Source: Phoronis australis
Taxonomy: Eukaryota; Animalia; Phoronida
Assembly: GCA_002633005.1 (NCBI GenBank)
Contig: NMRA01000670.1
Coordinates: forward strand, 101,843 to 165,842
Direction of reading: 5' to 3'
Length of the DNA: 64,000 nucleotides
Shown here: piece after piece, positions 53,082 to 64,000 of the stretch
Numbering within the stretch: position 1 is the stretch's first letter
How the letters are laid out: each line of letters begins with the position of its first letter
Notes under the pieces: model-generated
What the model was told of the DNA's origin: nothing
Database searches by the model: none
Seen by the model: only the letters and a program-made list of their open reading frames with translations
Translations under genes and position numbers: made by a program

Positions 53082-53336
53082 AAATGAATGGAGAAAGCGA
53101 CCAATCGCCAACATCAATCACGCCAACATCAACCACGCCATCACCAAAAACACCATTGCCAACAACACCATCGCCAACCACGCCAGATGTCCTTATTTCA
53201 GATCAAACACCTGCAGACATAAGTGAACCACCAGATGTGAACCCTACAGATAATAGCACCTCAGACAACATAGGTGGGCCAGACTTGAGCACCAGAGAAA
53301 CAAGTACAAGAACTGACTCTGCAGGGTCAGGTGATG
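53082..53336 (+). CDS. Receptor gene 3 exon 3: Ser/Thr/Pro-rich stalk
   Basis: TTCCTTTTCAG| acceptor, G|GTAGGT donor, 255 nt, phase 1-1; SPTSITPTSTTPSPKTPLPTTPSPTTP...SAGSGD. Confidence 0.8.
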
Positions 53337-53804
53337 GTAGGTGGCTCACATCTAGCACAAAATTAAAATTCAAATATCAAGAACGATCCCAGCTTTAACC
53401 AAGAAATTTGCAAAAGTGTATTTCATGCTTAGCGAAAGGACAACCAATAAGGAAAGCATGCAGAAGATAGTTGAGAAAAATTGGTGATGAGAATGGTCAG
53501 GCAAATGGCCACAGTGAAAATGAGTAATAGGGAGTGGAGTGTATGTTTGTAATCCATGTAAACATCACTGAGTTATAGTATGATTAAATCAAAGTGTATT
53601 AAATTGATCAAATTTCATTGTCAAAATGGTGACAGCTGTTACATCATTGAAAAGTCAAACGCAAGGTTTCCCCTGCGTGTAAATTTCTGGGTGGCCCGCC
53701 ACGCTCCTTTTTGGCCCCGCCACTTGTAAATCATTCTCAAATTGACCGCCACACACCTAATTGTGACAGGGAAACTTCACCGCCACACAAAAATCGCTAT
53801 TAAA

Positions 53805-53881
53805 AAATGATTGCTAGTAAAAATGATCGCTAGTAAAATGAATCGCAAGAAAAATGATCGCTAGTTAAAATGATCGCTAGT
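53805..53881. repeat. ~15-bp tandem repeat x5, within a probable hAT-like element end starting at ~53662
   Basis: AAAATGATCGCTAGT units; CAAGGTTTCCC at 53662 and CCGCCAC repeats. Confidence 0.6.
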
Positions 53882-56800
53882 CCACCTTTCGCCACTTGTA
53901 GATTGAAAGGGAAAAATAATAATTTTACAATGGTATCTTGAATTGTGCCCCCGTTAAACACAATCATTCAATCCCCAATCCCCTTTTGTACCTCATTTCT
54001 GCCTGGTTATCCGACAATGAATATAAATTTAATACAGCCGGGGACCAGGTAACGACCTCGATACGAATTTTATAAAATGAGAAAGTGCCAGGGCTTGCTA
54101 ATGAAGTAAGAAAAGGTAAGATTTCTGCTTCATTCATTTTTATCGTGTCCGAGTTTACGAAAGACATTGTGAATTATACTGCAGGGCGTGACATCAACCA
54201 TAGCCCTGCGCCAAAATGACGATACTGAATGTTAAGCAGTCTCAGATTCTTCTGCATGGACTGGATCGTTTGCTACGTCGGCCAATGCCAACACACTATC
54301 ACTGATTAAAGTTTATTAAGACAATATCAACGGAAGTTTCGTTACACGAAGTAGTTTATTAAGTCTACAAAGTTCACATATTTTTGATCTATGTTTGTCA
54401 CTTCGTGGATAATTGAATTTAAACATTGTTTTTTGTACAAGTGCGACAGAGATCACACTATGCCAGACACTTCATTGCCAATTTCTCTTGCAAAATGTTC
54501 TTTACCCAGATACTTCCACATGATGCTCGGGTTAGGGTCTTGTCTATGATGAGCAAACTGCAACCAATTACATCTAATTTTCAAATTTTGCCTGGGAAGG
54601 TCTCCCAACACCCCCTCCCCACCCCGATGGGAGGATATCACTTCATCCCATGCTCACATGTGGCGCCGGGGTCCACATCCATGTCAAGCATTCACCACCA
54701 CGTTCCTTTCGAAACCCAGACAATATGGGTATCCAACTTCTCATATTCGCGGGTGGCAACAGGCTTTGTACCCCGTTTTGGCCATTTACTACCACGCTCC
54801 TTTCAAAACCCTGCCAACCAAAAACATCAGGCCTGTGTTCCATGGAATCAACAAACTTGTGAAAATGCAAGATTTAGTGTGACTTCACAAGATACCACAA
54901 TGCATTATAAGCAAAGCACATGGCCATCTATCTTGCATCTGAGTTTTCAGTAATGTCAGCATGTGTTCAAGGGTCGACAACCACGGTCGTTTCCGCAACA
55001 TAACGCAACGTCCAATCAGAACTCGCACAGTATTCACCGATTCTCAGTATTGATTCTTTCCCCAAGATTACCTCCTTTCGGATGACAAGTGACTAAAAAG
55101 TAGTCAGTAATTTTCTCCAATTTTCAGTAACAAAGTACATAAACACAAAAATGTAGGGGGGGGCGCTGAAAAACTTTTATATAGTGCAATATGACTTCAT
55201 TTCTTAAACACTCAAAAGTAAACACAAAGCCAAACAAAACCTTTTGCTGTTATGTTAAGGACTGCGCATAACATGATTTCAACTCGGCAAGTTGCTTCTT
55301 AGAGTACACCCTAGATTCATATTTACTTCGTCAGAAAACTGTCACAGTGGTACCCGAACGATTGGTAACAGCAACTGCTAGGCAGAAAACACATGCTTTG
55401 TCGATGCGGAATTGTAGCCAATGCACATCATGCTTTCTGATTATTCTTTAATCTATCCAATAACATACCTTGTTCTAAACAAAGCACGGCCAAGCAAAAG
55501 CCAAACCAGAGTATCGTGCACTTGATTCAGTGCTAATGACCTATTTTCCATGTCACAGATTCGGTTAAAATTGTAAATCGACTCGCTACGTCAGACAGCA
55601 ATGTAAATGATGTGATTGGTTACAAACGGTATGACCCAATAACTAAGCAACAATGCTTGCCATCATTTATGCTTTCGAGGTATCTTTGTTTATGATATCA
55701 TGACCACAACGACGATGTAAAAGAGAGAATGCCGAATAAAAGAACAAATTTCAAGAACTTAACAAAGTTTTATTTTTCTGTACAACATGCAGAGCATTCC
55801 GTACTACCATATTTTCAATGAAAACCCGTAACAAATATAAGGACACTCCCTAGTAGTAGGCAGCTCTATTTCTTGACTTGTGATGCGGAGGAACAACACC
55901 TAATATAGATGTCGCTGCCCATCCGATCTCGGAAAGGTCCATTGCACAATGCCGTTTGAAAAATGACTGTCAGCGCCAGTGGTTAGTAAATTTTGACTCG
56001 GATAAAATCCGCTGAATTCAGGTCGACAGCCACACAAAATTGAGACAATACAGAGTATAGCAGAGCTTGGTTAGCGTCAATGTAAATTATGACAATAAGC
56101 GGGATACCACATTAAGCTGATTCCGACTTGGCAGCGATCAAAACCAATGCCTATCATGGTGGAAAATCTATTTAAAGATCTTACTATTTAAAACGACTTA
56201 CTGTATTCTTGTTAGAATGACATGGGCAAGAAATTGAATTTCGGGCCTCAAAAGTGAGGAAATCTAATATTAAGGTAGGTGGATACACAAAAAAATTAAT
56301 TTTGACTGTTTTTTACATTTTAATGTCATTCTAATCATTAATTTTTGATGCACAATATAGTGAAGAAAAATAAAATCAATCTGAAACTGATGTTGAACTA
56401 TTACGATGAAAGTAGTTCTTTACCCTGTCGCCAATATTCTTATCTAGATAGTAACGCGGCGATTTGATATAACGCATATATTGGTTATGAAGAGACAGTA
56501 ACTACATATAATATTGGAATACTAAAAAACAGGCAAACAGGTCTATGTAATAAAGTTAGAGAAGAGTCTTTTACTACATTGAGTGGAGAGTTCAGATGAG
56601 TCACATAAACAATCAACACATGGTTTTAATGATGTGTGGTCCGCACACCACCACAGCAGACAATAGATCAACGCTAAGCTCCGCCCACCTGACAGCCATA
56701 TTTGTTTTGGTCGCCTGTCGTGTTTCACAAGTTCCCAAAAATGATTAAAATTACGCTGTAAACAAACAGGTAGGTCACATTTTCTAAACATGAAGTGAAT

Positions 56801-59789
56801 ATCAGCTTTATTTCTAGTACATCAACAAAAATTGGAACATAATGACCGCGCTTTCTGAACGAATTTTGACCTCAAGTGGCAATCGATGGCCGCTTAACTT
56901 CAAAGTTGTTTTTCTCGACTCGTGATTTCAGGGTAGTGACAAGATTCTCGGGCCTATTTTTCCGCAACACGTGGGTCAATTTTTACGAAACTTACATATT
57001 TGAAATCCTCTAGAACTGAAGTAAAATCGCGTGCCAGGATTTTTTGATACATGGACCAGATTTTTAGTTATTAGACGGAAAGTTACCAAATGACAGAAAG
57101 TAGCGTCCTTGCCCCAACTCACACGCAAAAAATGCCACAAAATCAAGATCATGATTTTGTACACTATTTGGTATGGACAAGTAGAATATTGCGTAAGGAA
57201 ACAGGTGATTATAATCCCTGTGCATTTTGAAAAAAATTCAAGGTAAAATTGGATTTTTTGAAAATTTAAAAATTCGATATTTTAAGAAAATGAACTACAA
57301 TAAAAAATTTTTCTTCGATTTTTGTCACTTTCAGTCATTTCTAACTAGTTAAAACACCCTTTATACTTATTTTAGATAAGGAACATGGCGATTTGACCAG
57401 TGTATACCCCCCTCGTATAGGTGCTCCGTATAAAGGCGGGCAAAAAGCGAAGCCTTCTATTTTAATACAGAGAATCCCGCCCGAATGCAGCCACAGAGCC
57501 CCAAATTAAAATTCTTACCTATGTAATTTTGGCAAGAATAAGTCATTTTAAATAACCTGTTTTTAGTGAAATTCAGCTAAACAGGAAATTACCAGTTTTT
57601 ATCTTGGCGTTCAAAAAGGCAGTTGAACTACAGATGGCTAACTTAAAGATAGAAAAGCAATGGTACATCATACGTTAATAATAAGTGGGTGGGAACCAAT
57701 TTTGCTGATTTTTAATGATTAATATGTGGAACATAACAATAATTCATGACATTATGCTGATTTTTTAACACATGGGTTCAATGAAAAATGATTCATATTT
57801 TGACATTTCAAGACAGTGGACCAGAAAAGAAAAAGTTATGGCAGGGCAGTATAATATTGACAATTCATTACGTAACCCCACAAAATAGCCGGCACGTGAA
57901 ATTGTGTTTTGGAAAATTACTCAGCAAATTTCAAGATTAAGTAACTTAAAAAATCATTAGGTCGAACTGTGCTGTGCTGTGAAGTAAAACAACATCAGTA
58001 TTTGCAGTAAAATGAGTTGCAACTATTTTTAGCCAAAATAAATAGATTTCCAGTACCTGGCAAAAATTTGCCAAGTAATCCATACTGTAAAAGAAAATCT
58101 ATTAGCTTCCTGTCAATAAACTAAATTAAGGGTGAACTAAGTGTTAATTAAGGGTTGACTAAGGATTGACTAAGGGTAAACAAAGGGTTGACTAAGAGTT
58201 AACTAAGAAAGTAAAGGCACAGAACCCTGCATATGATTAGATAATTTTGCAAGAAAACTTTGAGATCTTTTCAACGTGTGTGAGGTCAATAATACAGAAA
58301 ATTTATGGTTGTCAAGACTTTCAATAAAGATCTTGTGAGAGCGGGAAATTATCTAGGTGAAAAGTTTTCCAGGTCAAAGTTCACTACAGAAATTTTGACA
58401 GCTATGTGCCCGGGTGAGAATTTGACACGTTTGACACGCTCTAAAAACGTGGAGTATTGGAACGCCCTAAAAACGTGTCAAACGTGTAAAACGTGGCGTG
58501 TCAAACGTGTAAAATGTAGCGTGTCAAACGTGTCAAGAACGTGTCAAAAACGTGTAATTTTCGTTCCAATACTCCACGTTTGACACGCAAAGCGTGTCAA
58601 ACGTGGCGATAGCGTGTCGAACATGGCATGCCAAAACGTGGCAAAAACGTGGCACTTTTGACACGCTAGCGTGTCGAACGTGGCGATAAGCGTGTAAAAC
58701 GTGGCAATAGCGTGTCAAACGTGGCGTGCCAAAACGTGGCAAAAACGTGGCACTTTTGACACGCTAGCGTGTCAAACGTGGCGCTNCGTGTCGAATGTAG
58801 CTTGCCAAAACGTGGCAAAAACGTGGCACTTTTGACACCCTAGCATGTCAAACGTGGCGCTTTTGACACGCTAGCCTGTAATCTGTGTCATTGCCATGGT
58901 AGTGACCCTACATTTAGCCTGAGGCCGTGTACAAGCCATAATGTTCTTGTTTATAGCAGCTCACCATCCACCATGGGAATCCATACTGAAAGCAAATGTA
59001 TAAAGGGATTTCTTCTTTAAGTTACAGTTTATTGTTACTGATAATGATATAGAATCATTAAAAGGATAATGTAACTATCCAACTCTTACCACATACTGTT
59101 TTCACTAAATTTCATTTCATCTAGAATAACATTAACACAGAAATAAGAAAATGGTTCTACATACAAATTTGAAGTGCTTAAGCTGCTATATATATGCATA
59201 TAAGTCTAAGCTTTTGAGTCAGGCCAGTCGCTTGAAAACAGTTTATGAAGTAAAGAACAGACGCACTTTGTAACATCTTTGAATTACCAAGAGTGATTCA
59301 ACATTTNCAGTTTATTGTTACTGTTGATGTAAATAATCCAAAATGTGATAATGATATAGAATCATTAAAAGGATAATGTAACTTTTGAGTCAGGCCAGTT
59401 GCTTGAAAACAGTTTATGAAGTAAAGAACAGACGCACTTTGTAACATCTTTGAATTACCAAGAGTGATTCAACAATTGTCATAACATTGAGTTCATGTTG
59501 ATTTTGCAGCCCAAACCTCTAAACACAATGTCTTATCCTCATTCAAGCTGACACAAAATGTGAGTTGATCCAATAACAACAATATTATGAATTGATATAT
59601 TACTGAAGATGAGAGGCGTTCCGACTTCATATATTAACTGCGTAGTCAATAGTTTCTACTGACTTTTGTTTTCTGTTACAATCAAACTTACCTGTAAAAA
59701 GAAGGACCATTTGCAAGAAAAGTTTGTCAACCAGAGTATATACATACTAAACTTCTGTTAGAGCTGCACCACACTCGAAAACCATACTT

Positions 59790-62373
59790 CATAAGTGCTG
59801 CTTTGCCCTGACGTGTCCTCTTCCAGGAACACAGGGTCGTTATCTGAAGGCTCATCGGCTTGGAGACTCCCAGCCCTGTGGGGTTCATCCTGTCTGGGTA
59901 CCTCCAACGTCTCACCAGAGGGATCCTCTGCGCGTTGCTCTTGATTCTCCTGATAACCACACCGCGATCTTGATCGGTGGACACGTAAGCCACGGATGTT
60001 CTTGCACACCTTTCCACAACTACATACTGCTCCTTCCACAACACCTCCTGTCAGTGTCAACTGTTTCAAAGTCCTTGGTCGTTGCAAAGTCGTTTCCGTG
60101 TTATCCGCCGTTGTGAGTCTCTCATTCTCCCCCCCTCTCGGGAGACTCTGGGGGTATGCATCATTTTGGTTCGACGTAGCGTGAGAATGGGTGCTCCTAT
60201 AACCGGAGCTGCAGGCCGAGGTGCTGGCCCTGCCTGCCCCAATCCAGTCTTTCCTGGGGGTCATCTGTCTCTCCAGCGTCACTGGTCTTCCCCAGTTGCC
60301 ATCCAGCCTTTCCTGGAAGTCTTGAAATGTCGATGTGTGTACTTACAGTGATGTTATCTGCCTCAATAGTTGTCAGGCTTCTATGTAGTCTGACGTCTTG
60401 TCGCCCCTTCTTCGTAACAGCTAAACCAGGATTCTCTTCTACCCGCCGTACACTAACTAGTTGGAGGCGTAGCTTGATGTCGTCAGATGGCATCCAGCTT
60501 CCTCGACTCGTTTCGACCCTAAACCATAACGGTCTCCACTGGTGGGTCCACAGTGGCGGCCAACCCACTGTGCATCACTGAGGCCTCCAACTTCCTTCAT
60601 TCCGACGGTACCACAGCCAACAAGATGTCCTCTCAGCTGTCTCGCCCAGTCTTCTCACTGCAGCTTTCTTCCTTCCCCCTCGCACACCAATCTTCTCCAG
60701 CAACCACCATACAGATCTTGCAGGGAATCCTCTACATCCCACCTCTACAGGAAACAACCAAGTTCGCCAGCCCCGAGCTCTACATGTCTCCGCCAGCTCG
60801 CTATACTTAGATAATTTCCTCTCATGGGCCTCTTCGCATCCTTCCTCCCAAGGCACCGTAAGCTCTATAATCACTATAAATTGATGGATATCCGACCACA
60901 GAATGATGTCAGGCCGAAATGATGTTTCCACAATACTCGAGAACACAAGCTTTCTTCCCAGATCTACTCTCATTTCCCAGCTTACTCCATCCAGGATGCA
61001 AGGCTGCTGACGTGACTTCTTTCGTATCCCACCTTCCCTGACGAATTGCATGTGCTGGCTGCTTGCCCTAGGCTGAGTTACTTTTGTCTTACGCTCTCCA
61101 TCTATGATGTCTGCAAGGGTCTTCAGTACTTGGTCATGACGCCATCTGTATCGGCCCTGCTGTAGTGCCATCTTGCAGCCTGATAGGATGTGGGCCAATG
61201 TACCTCTTCCTTCGCACAACTGGCAGGCTGGGTCATCCACTAGGCCCCAGCGAAGAAGGTTTGCAGGCGATGGTAACACGTCGTAAACCGAGCGAAGTAA
61301 AAACTGGACACGCATAGGCTCCATACTCCAAACGTCTGCCCACGATATTTTCCTCACTGGAAGGTTCCACCTGGTCCATGCTCCCTGCTGGCTTAGTTAG
61401 ACTGCCTTGGGTTTACGGGCTTCTTCCTCCGCTGCTCTCACCTCAGCTTGGACCATCTCCCTCCGCTGCCTCTCACTCGGTTTCTCCCACTGCTGGAACT
61501 GGGATGTCCCAAACCCCTGGCGTCCTACGCAGGTGCTACCAATTATATCTCTGATCTGTAATAAACTCTCCGCCTGGCTCACAGATGTGTCTGCTGACCA
61601 CCGTCTCCCTGATCTTGTCATGACGCCAGCATCCCTCACCTTTGGATCTCATAGAGTCACGTAATGTGAGAACCAGCCTGCACTTTCCTATTTAAACTCC
61701 TCCGTGATTGATACTAGACGCAGCTGAAGCTCTGCTGTTCTGCTATAAAGGCCAACCTGTGTGAAGCTTCTTGGGACTCCCAACCACTTCCTCAGCCACT
61801 TGCTTACTGTTCTCTCCAGGAACTCTACCGCCGATATCGGGATGTCGTACAGCATTAGACCCACGTTGCTCGAGGTAACAGCCCGTGCTGGTAAATCCAT
61901 GCCTTGTACTTGCCAGGAAGACCGCTTTTCTCTATTNTGAAGCTTCTTGGGACTCCCAACCACTTCCTCAGCCACTTGCTTACAGTTCTCTCCAGGCACT
62001 CCACCGCCGATATTGGGATGTCGTACAGCATTAGACCCCACGTTGCTCGAGGTAACAGCCTGTGCTGGTAAATCCATGCCTTGTACTTGCCAGGAAGACC
62101 GCTTTTCTCTATTCTCTTCAACCACTCCGTCACCTGGGTCTCCATCAGCTTGATGTTGTTCTTGTCGCACAGGAGATCATCGTACCATTTACCTACGCAC
62201 TTGATGGGGTTATTAACAATTGATGGAATTTGTTCGCCTTGAATGGTCAAGGTAAATCTGTTGACAACTTTCCCACCTCTCATTATCAGAAGTCTCGACT
62301 TCCTGGGTTTAAACTTCATACGAGCCCACGTTGCTACTTCATCTAGAGCTGCCAAAACCCACCGAGCTTGCAC
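59790..62373 (-). mobile_element. HERO-clade (RLE-type) non-LTR retrotransposon, 5'-truncated and frameshifted, followed by the start of a second unit
   Basis: RT end WARMKFKPRKSR; CCHC motif CQLC...HILSGC; RYRWRHDQVL; RLE motifs RPDI...ELTVPWE...KLSKY (60575-61357). N-terminal zinc finger CSCGKVCKNIRGLRVH at ~59960-60024 lies downstream of the stop. Confidence 0.9.
60474..60545 (-). ncRNA. Putative permuted hammerhead ribozyme in the HERO UTR
   Basis: The - strand reads GACCGTT^ATGGT...GGTC-GAAA-CGAGTC...GCCAT-CTGACGA-CATC. Stems I and III can pair; stem II is short. Confidence 0.65.
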
Positions 62374-62820
62374 ATCATATTTTACACGTTCGACACGCTA
62401 GCGTGTCAAAATTTTACACGTTCGACACGCTAGCGTGTCAAAATTTTACACGTTTGACACCGTAGCGTGTCACATTTTACACGTTTGATATGCTAGCGTG
62501 TCAAACTTTACACATTTGACACGTTAACGTGGCAAACTTTACACGTTTGACACGCTAAGGTGGCAAATTTTACACGTTTGACACGCTAGCATGTCAATTT
62601 TTACACGTTTGACACGCTAATGTGGCAAATTTTACACGTTCGACACGCTAACGTGGCAAATTTTACACGTTTGACACGCTAACATGGCAAATTTTACAGA
62701 TGTTTTTACACGTTTTACACGTTAACGTGGCAATTTTGACACGTATTACACGTTTTTTTACACGTCTGACACGTTTGACACGCTCAAAAGCGTGTCAAAC
62801 GTGTAAAATTCTCACCCGGG

Positions 62821-63480
62821 TTGCTATGAATGGCAGTACAATATGACGGAAAATGTTAATAAACTGTGCTGGGTTAATGATGTTAAGAAATTGCTGTTTC
62901 AGTTTGGTTTTGGAGAAGCATGGTATAATCAGGGTGTAGGTTCCGAGACAAGCTGCATATTACTTTTTAAACAAAGATGCAAAGATATTGATCAGCAAAA
63001 ATGGCAAGATATTTTGAACAATTCGATTAAGCTGGAAACGTACAGAACTTTTAAGTTAAATATGTTTTGAAAACTATTTAGATGTAATTGACAATGTAAA
63101 TAATAGAGATGATATGGTAAGATTAAGATGTTCAGCGCATGCACTAATGATTGAAAAGGGTAGACACTTGAAACTTAGCAGAACAGAAAGGTTATGACCT
63201 CTCTGTGTTAGGACATATGTCGAGTCAGAATATCATTTTGTTATCGAATTCCCATTCTACGATGACCTTAGGAAACGATATTTGCCTGCATGGAGCTACA
63301 ACAATCCCAATGTTACAAAATTCAACAGACTCATGACTAAGGAGGAAAAAGACCTTATATGGTCAACATGTAAATATGTTCATTTGGCATTCAAGCGAAG
63401 AAGAATTCGGTTTACTTCTAGTGTTTGACACTTACCTTTATTGTATTTGAGGATTTGATTGTAACAAGGGCCGGAGGCCT
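62821..63480 (+). mobile_element. LINE 3' fragment (CR1/L2/RTE-X group), decayed
   Basis: WVNDVKKLL..FGFGEAW.NQ, KLETYRTFK, RLRCSAHALMIEKGRH, LC...VESEYHFV, Y.DLR..YLP. Confidence 0.85.
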
Positions 63481-63481
63481 A

Positions 63482-64000
63482 CCCGGGTGAGAATTTGACA
63501 CGTTTGACACGCCCTAAAAACGTGTCGAACGTGTAAAACGTGGCGAGTCAAACGTGTAAAATGTAGCGTGTCAAACGTGTCAAGAACGTGTCAAAAATGT
63601 GTAATTTTCGTTCCAATACTCCACGTTTGACACGCTTTGCGTGTCAAACGTGGCGATAAGCGTGTAAAACGTGGCGATAGCGTGTCGAACGTGGCATGCA
63701 AAAACGTGGCAAAAACGTGGCACTTTTGACACACTAGCGTGTCGAATGTGGCGATAAACGTGTAAAACGTGGCGTGCCAAAACGTGGCAAAAACGTGGCA
63801 CTTTTGACACGCTAGCGTGTCAAACGTGGCGCTTTTGACAGGCTAGCCTGTAATCTGTCATTGCCATGGTAGCGACCCTACATTTAGCCTGAGGCCGTGT
63901 ACAAGCCATAATGTTCTTGTTTATAGCAGCTCACCATCCACCATGGGAATCCATACTGAAAGCAAATGTATAAAGGGATTTCTTCTTTAAGTCACAGTTT
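63482..64000. mobile_element. Second copy (left end) of the CCCGGG-TIR element
   Basis: Near-identical to 58409-59030, including the unique internal sequence; truncated by the window edge. Confidence 0.9.

Larger units (their letters stand above)
58409..62820. mobile_element. CCC-terminated (CMC/EnSpm-like) element with long ACACG/CGTGT subterminal arrays
   Basis: CCCGGGTGAGAATTT ... AAATTCTCACCCGGG; TGTCAAACGTG arrays on the left and ~30-bp TTTACACGTTTGACACGCTAGCGTG units on the right. Confidence 0.85.

Noticed and set aside
54426-54953. 175-aa ORF and overlapping ORFs
   Set aside because: No motif, splice context or compositional support.
56270-57530. Possible Kolobok-like MITE starting TTAAGGTAGG
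   Set aside because: No matching second TIR could be found.
58126-58207. Telomere-like TAAGGG repeats
   Set aside because: Degenerate ~11-bp TAAGGGTTGAC units, not a (TTAGGG)n array.
59024-59473. Local duplications flanking single Ns (59307; also 61764-62113 around 61937)
   Set aside because: Typical of overlapping contig ends or unmerged haplotypes, so probably assembly artefacts.
59510-59560. Possible small exon of gene 3 (TTTTGCAG ... GTGAGT)
   Set aside because: It lies inside a transposon, has no TM character, and its phase does not fit the family pattern; the gene 3 TM exon was not found in this window.

Overview
Eukaryotic, AT-rich, repeat-dense DNA from a draft assembly, most consistent with a marine invertebrate (species not determinable). 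There are two long N gaps (19024-19774, 51211-51720) and several single Ns. The ORF track hides the main content: a tandem + strand cluster of three spliced type-I membrane receptor genes with the plan signal peptide / SUEL (galactose/rhamnose-binding lectin)-like Cys domain / Ser-Thr-Pro stalk / TM / Tyr-motif tail. Gene 1 (4092-15929) is complete, with 5 exons and 485 aa. Gene 2 (~18780-28900) is a pseudogene: part of its lectin exon has expanded into a 65-bp minisatellite, and its tail keeps an ITAM-like YxxL pair. Gene 3 (from 30445) has three visible exons and probably continues beyond the window. Introns are filled with transposons: pogo-like, Kolobok-like, hAT, CMC/EnSpm-like, Helitron-like and THAP-bearing elements, a decayed Mag-like Gypsy with both LTRs, LINE fragments, and a piggyBac with an intact transposase ORF. 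A HERO-type non-LTR retroelement is arranged 3'-half then 5'-start, with a non-circularly permuted hammerhead-like RNA motif at the junction. All calls come from manual reading, without database searches.
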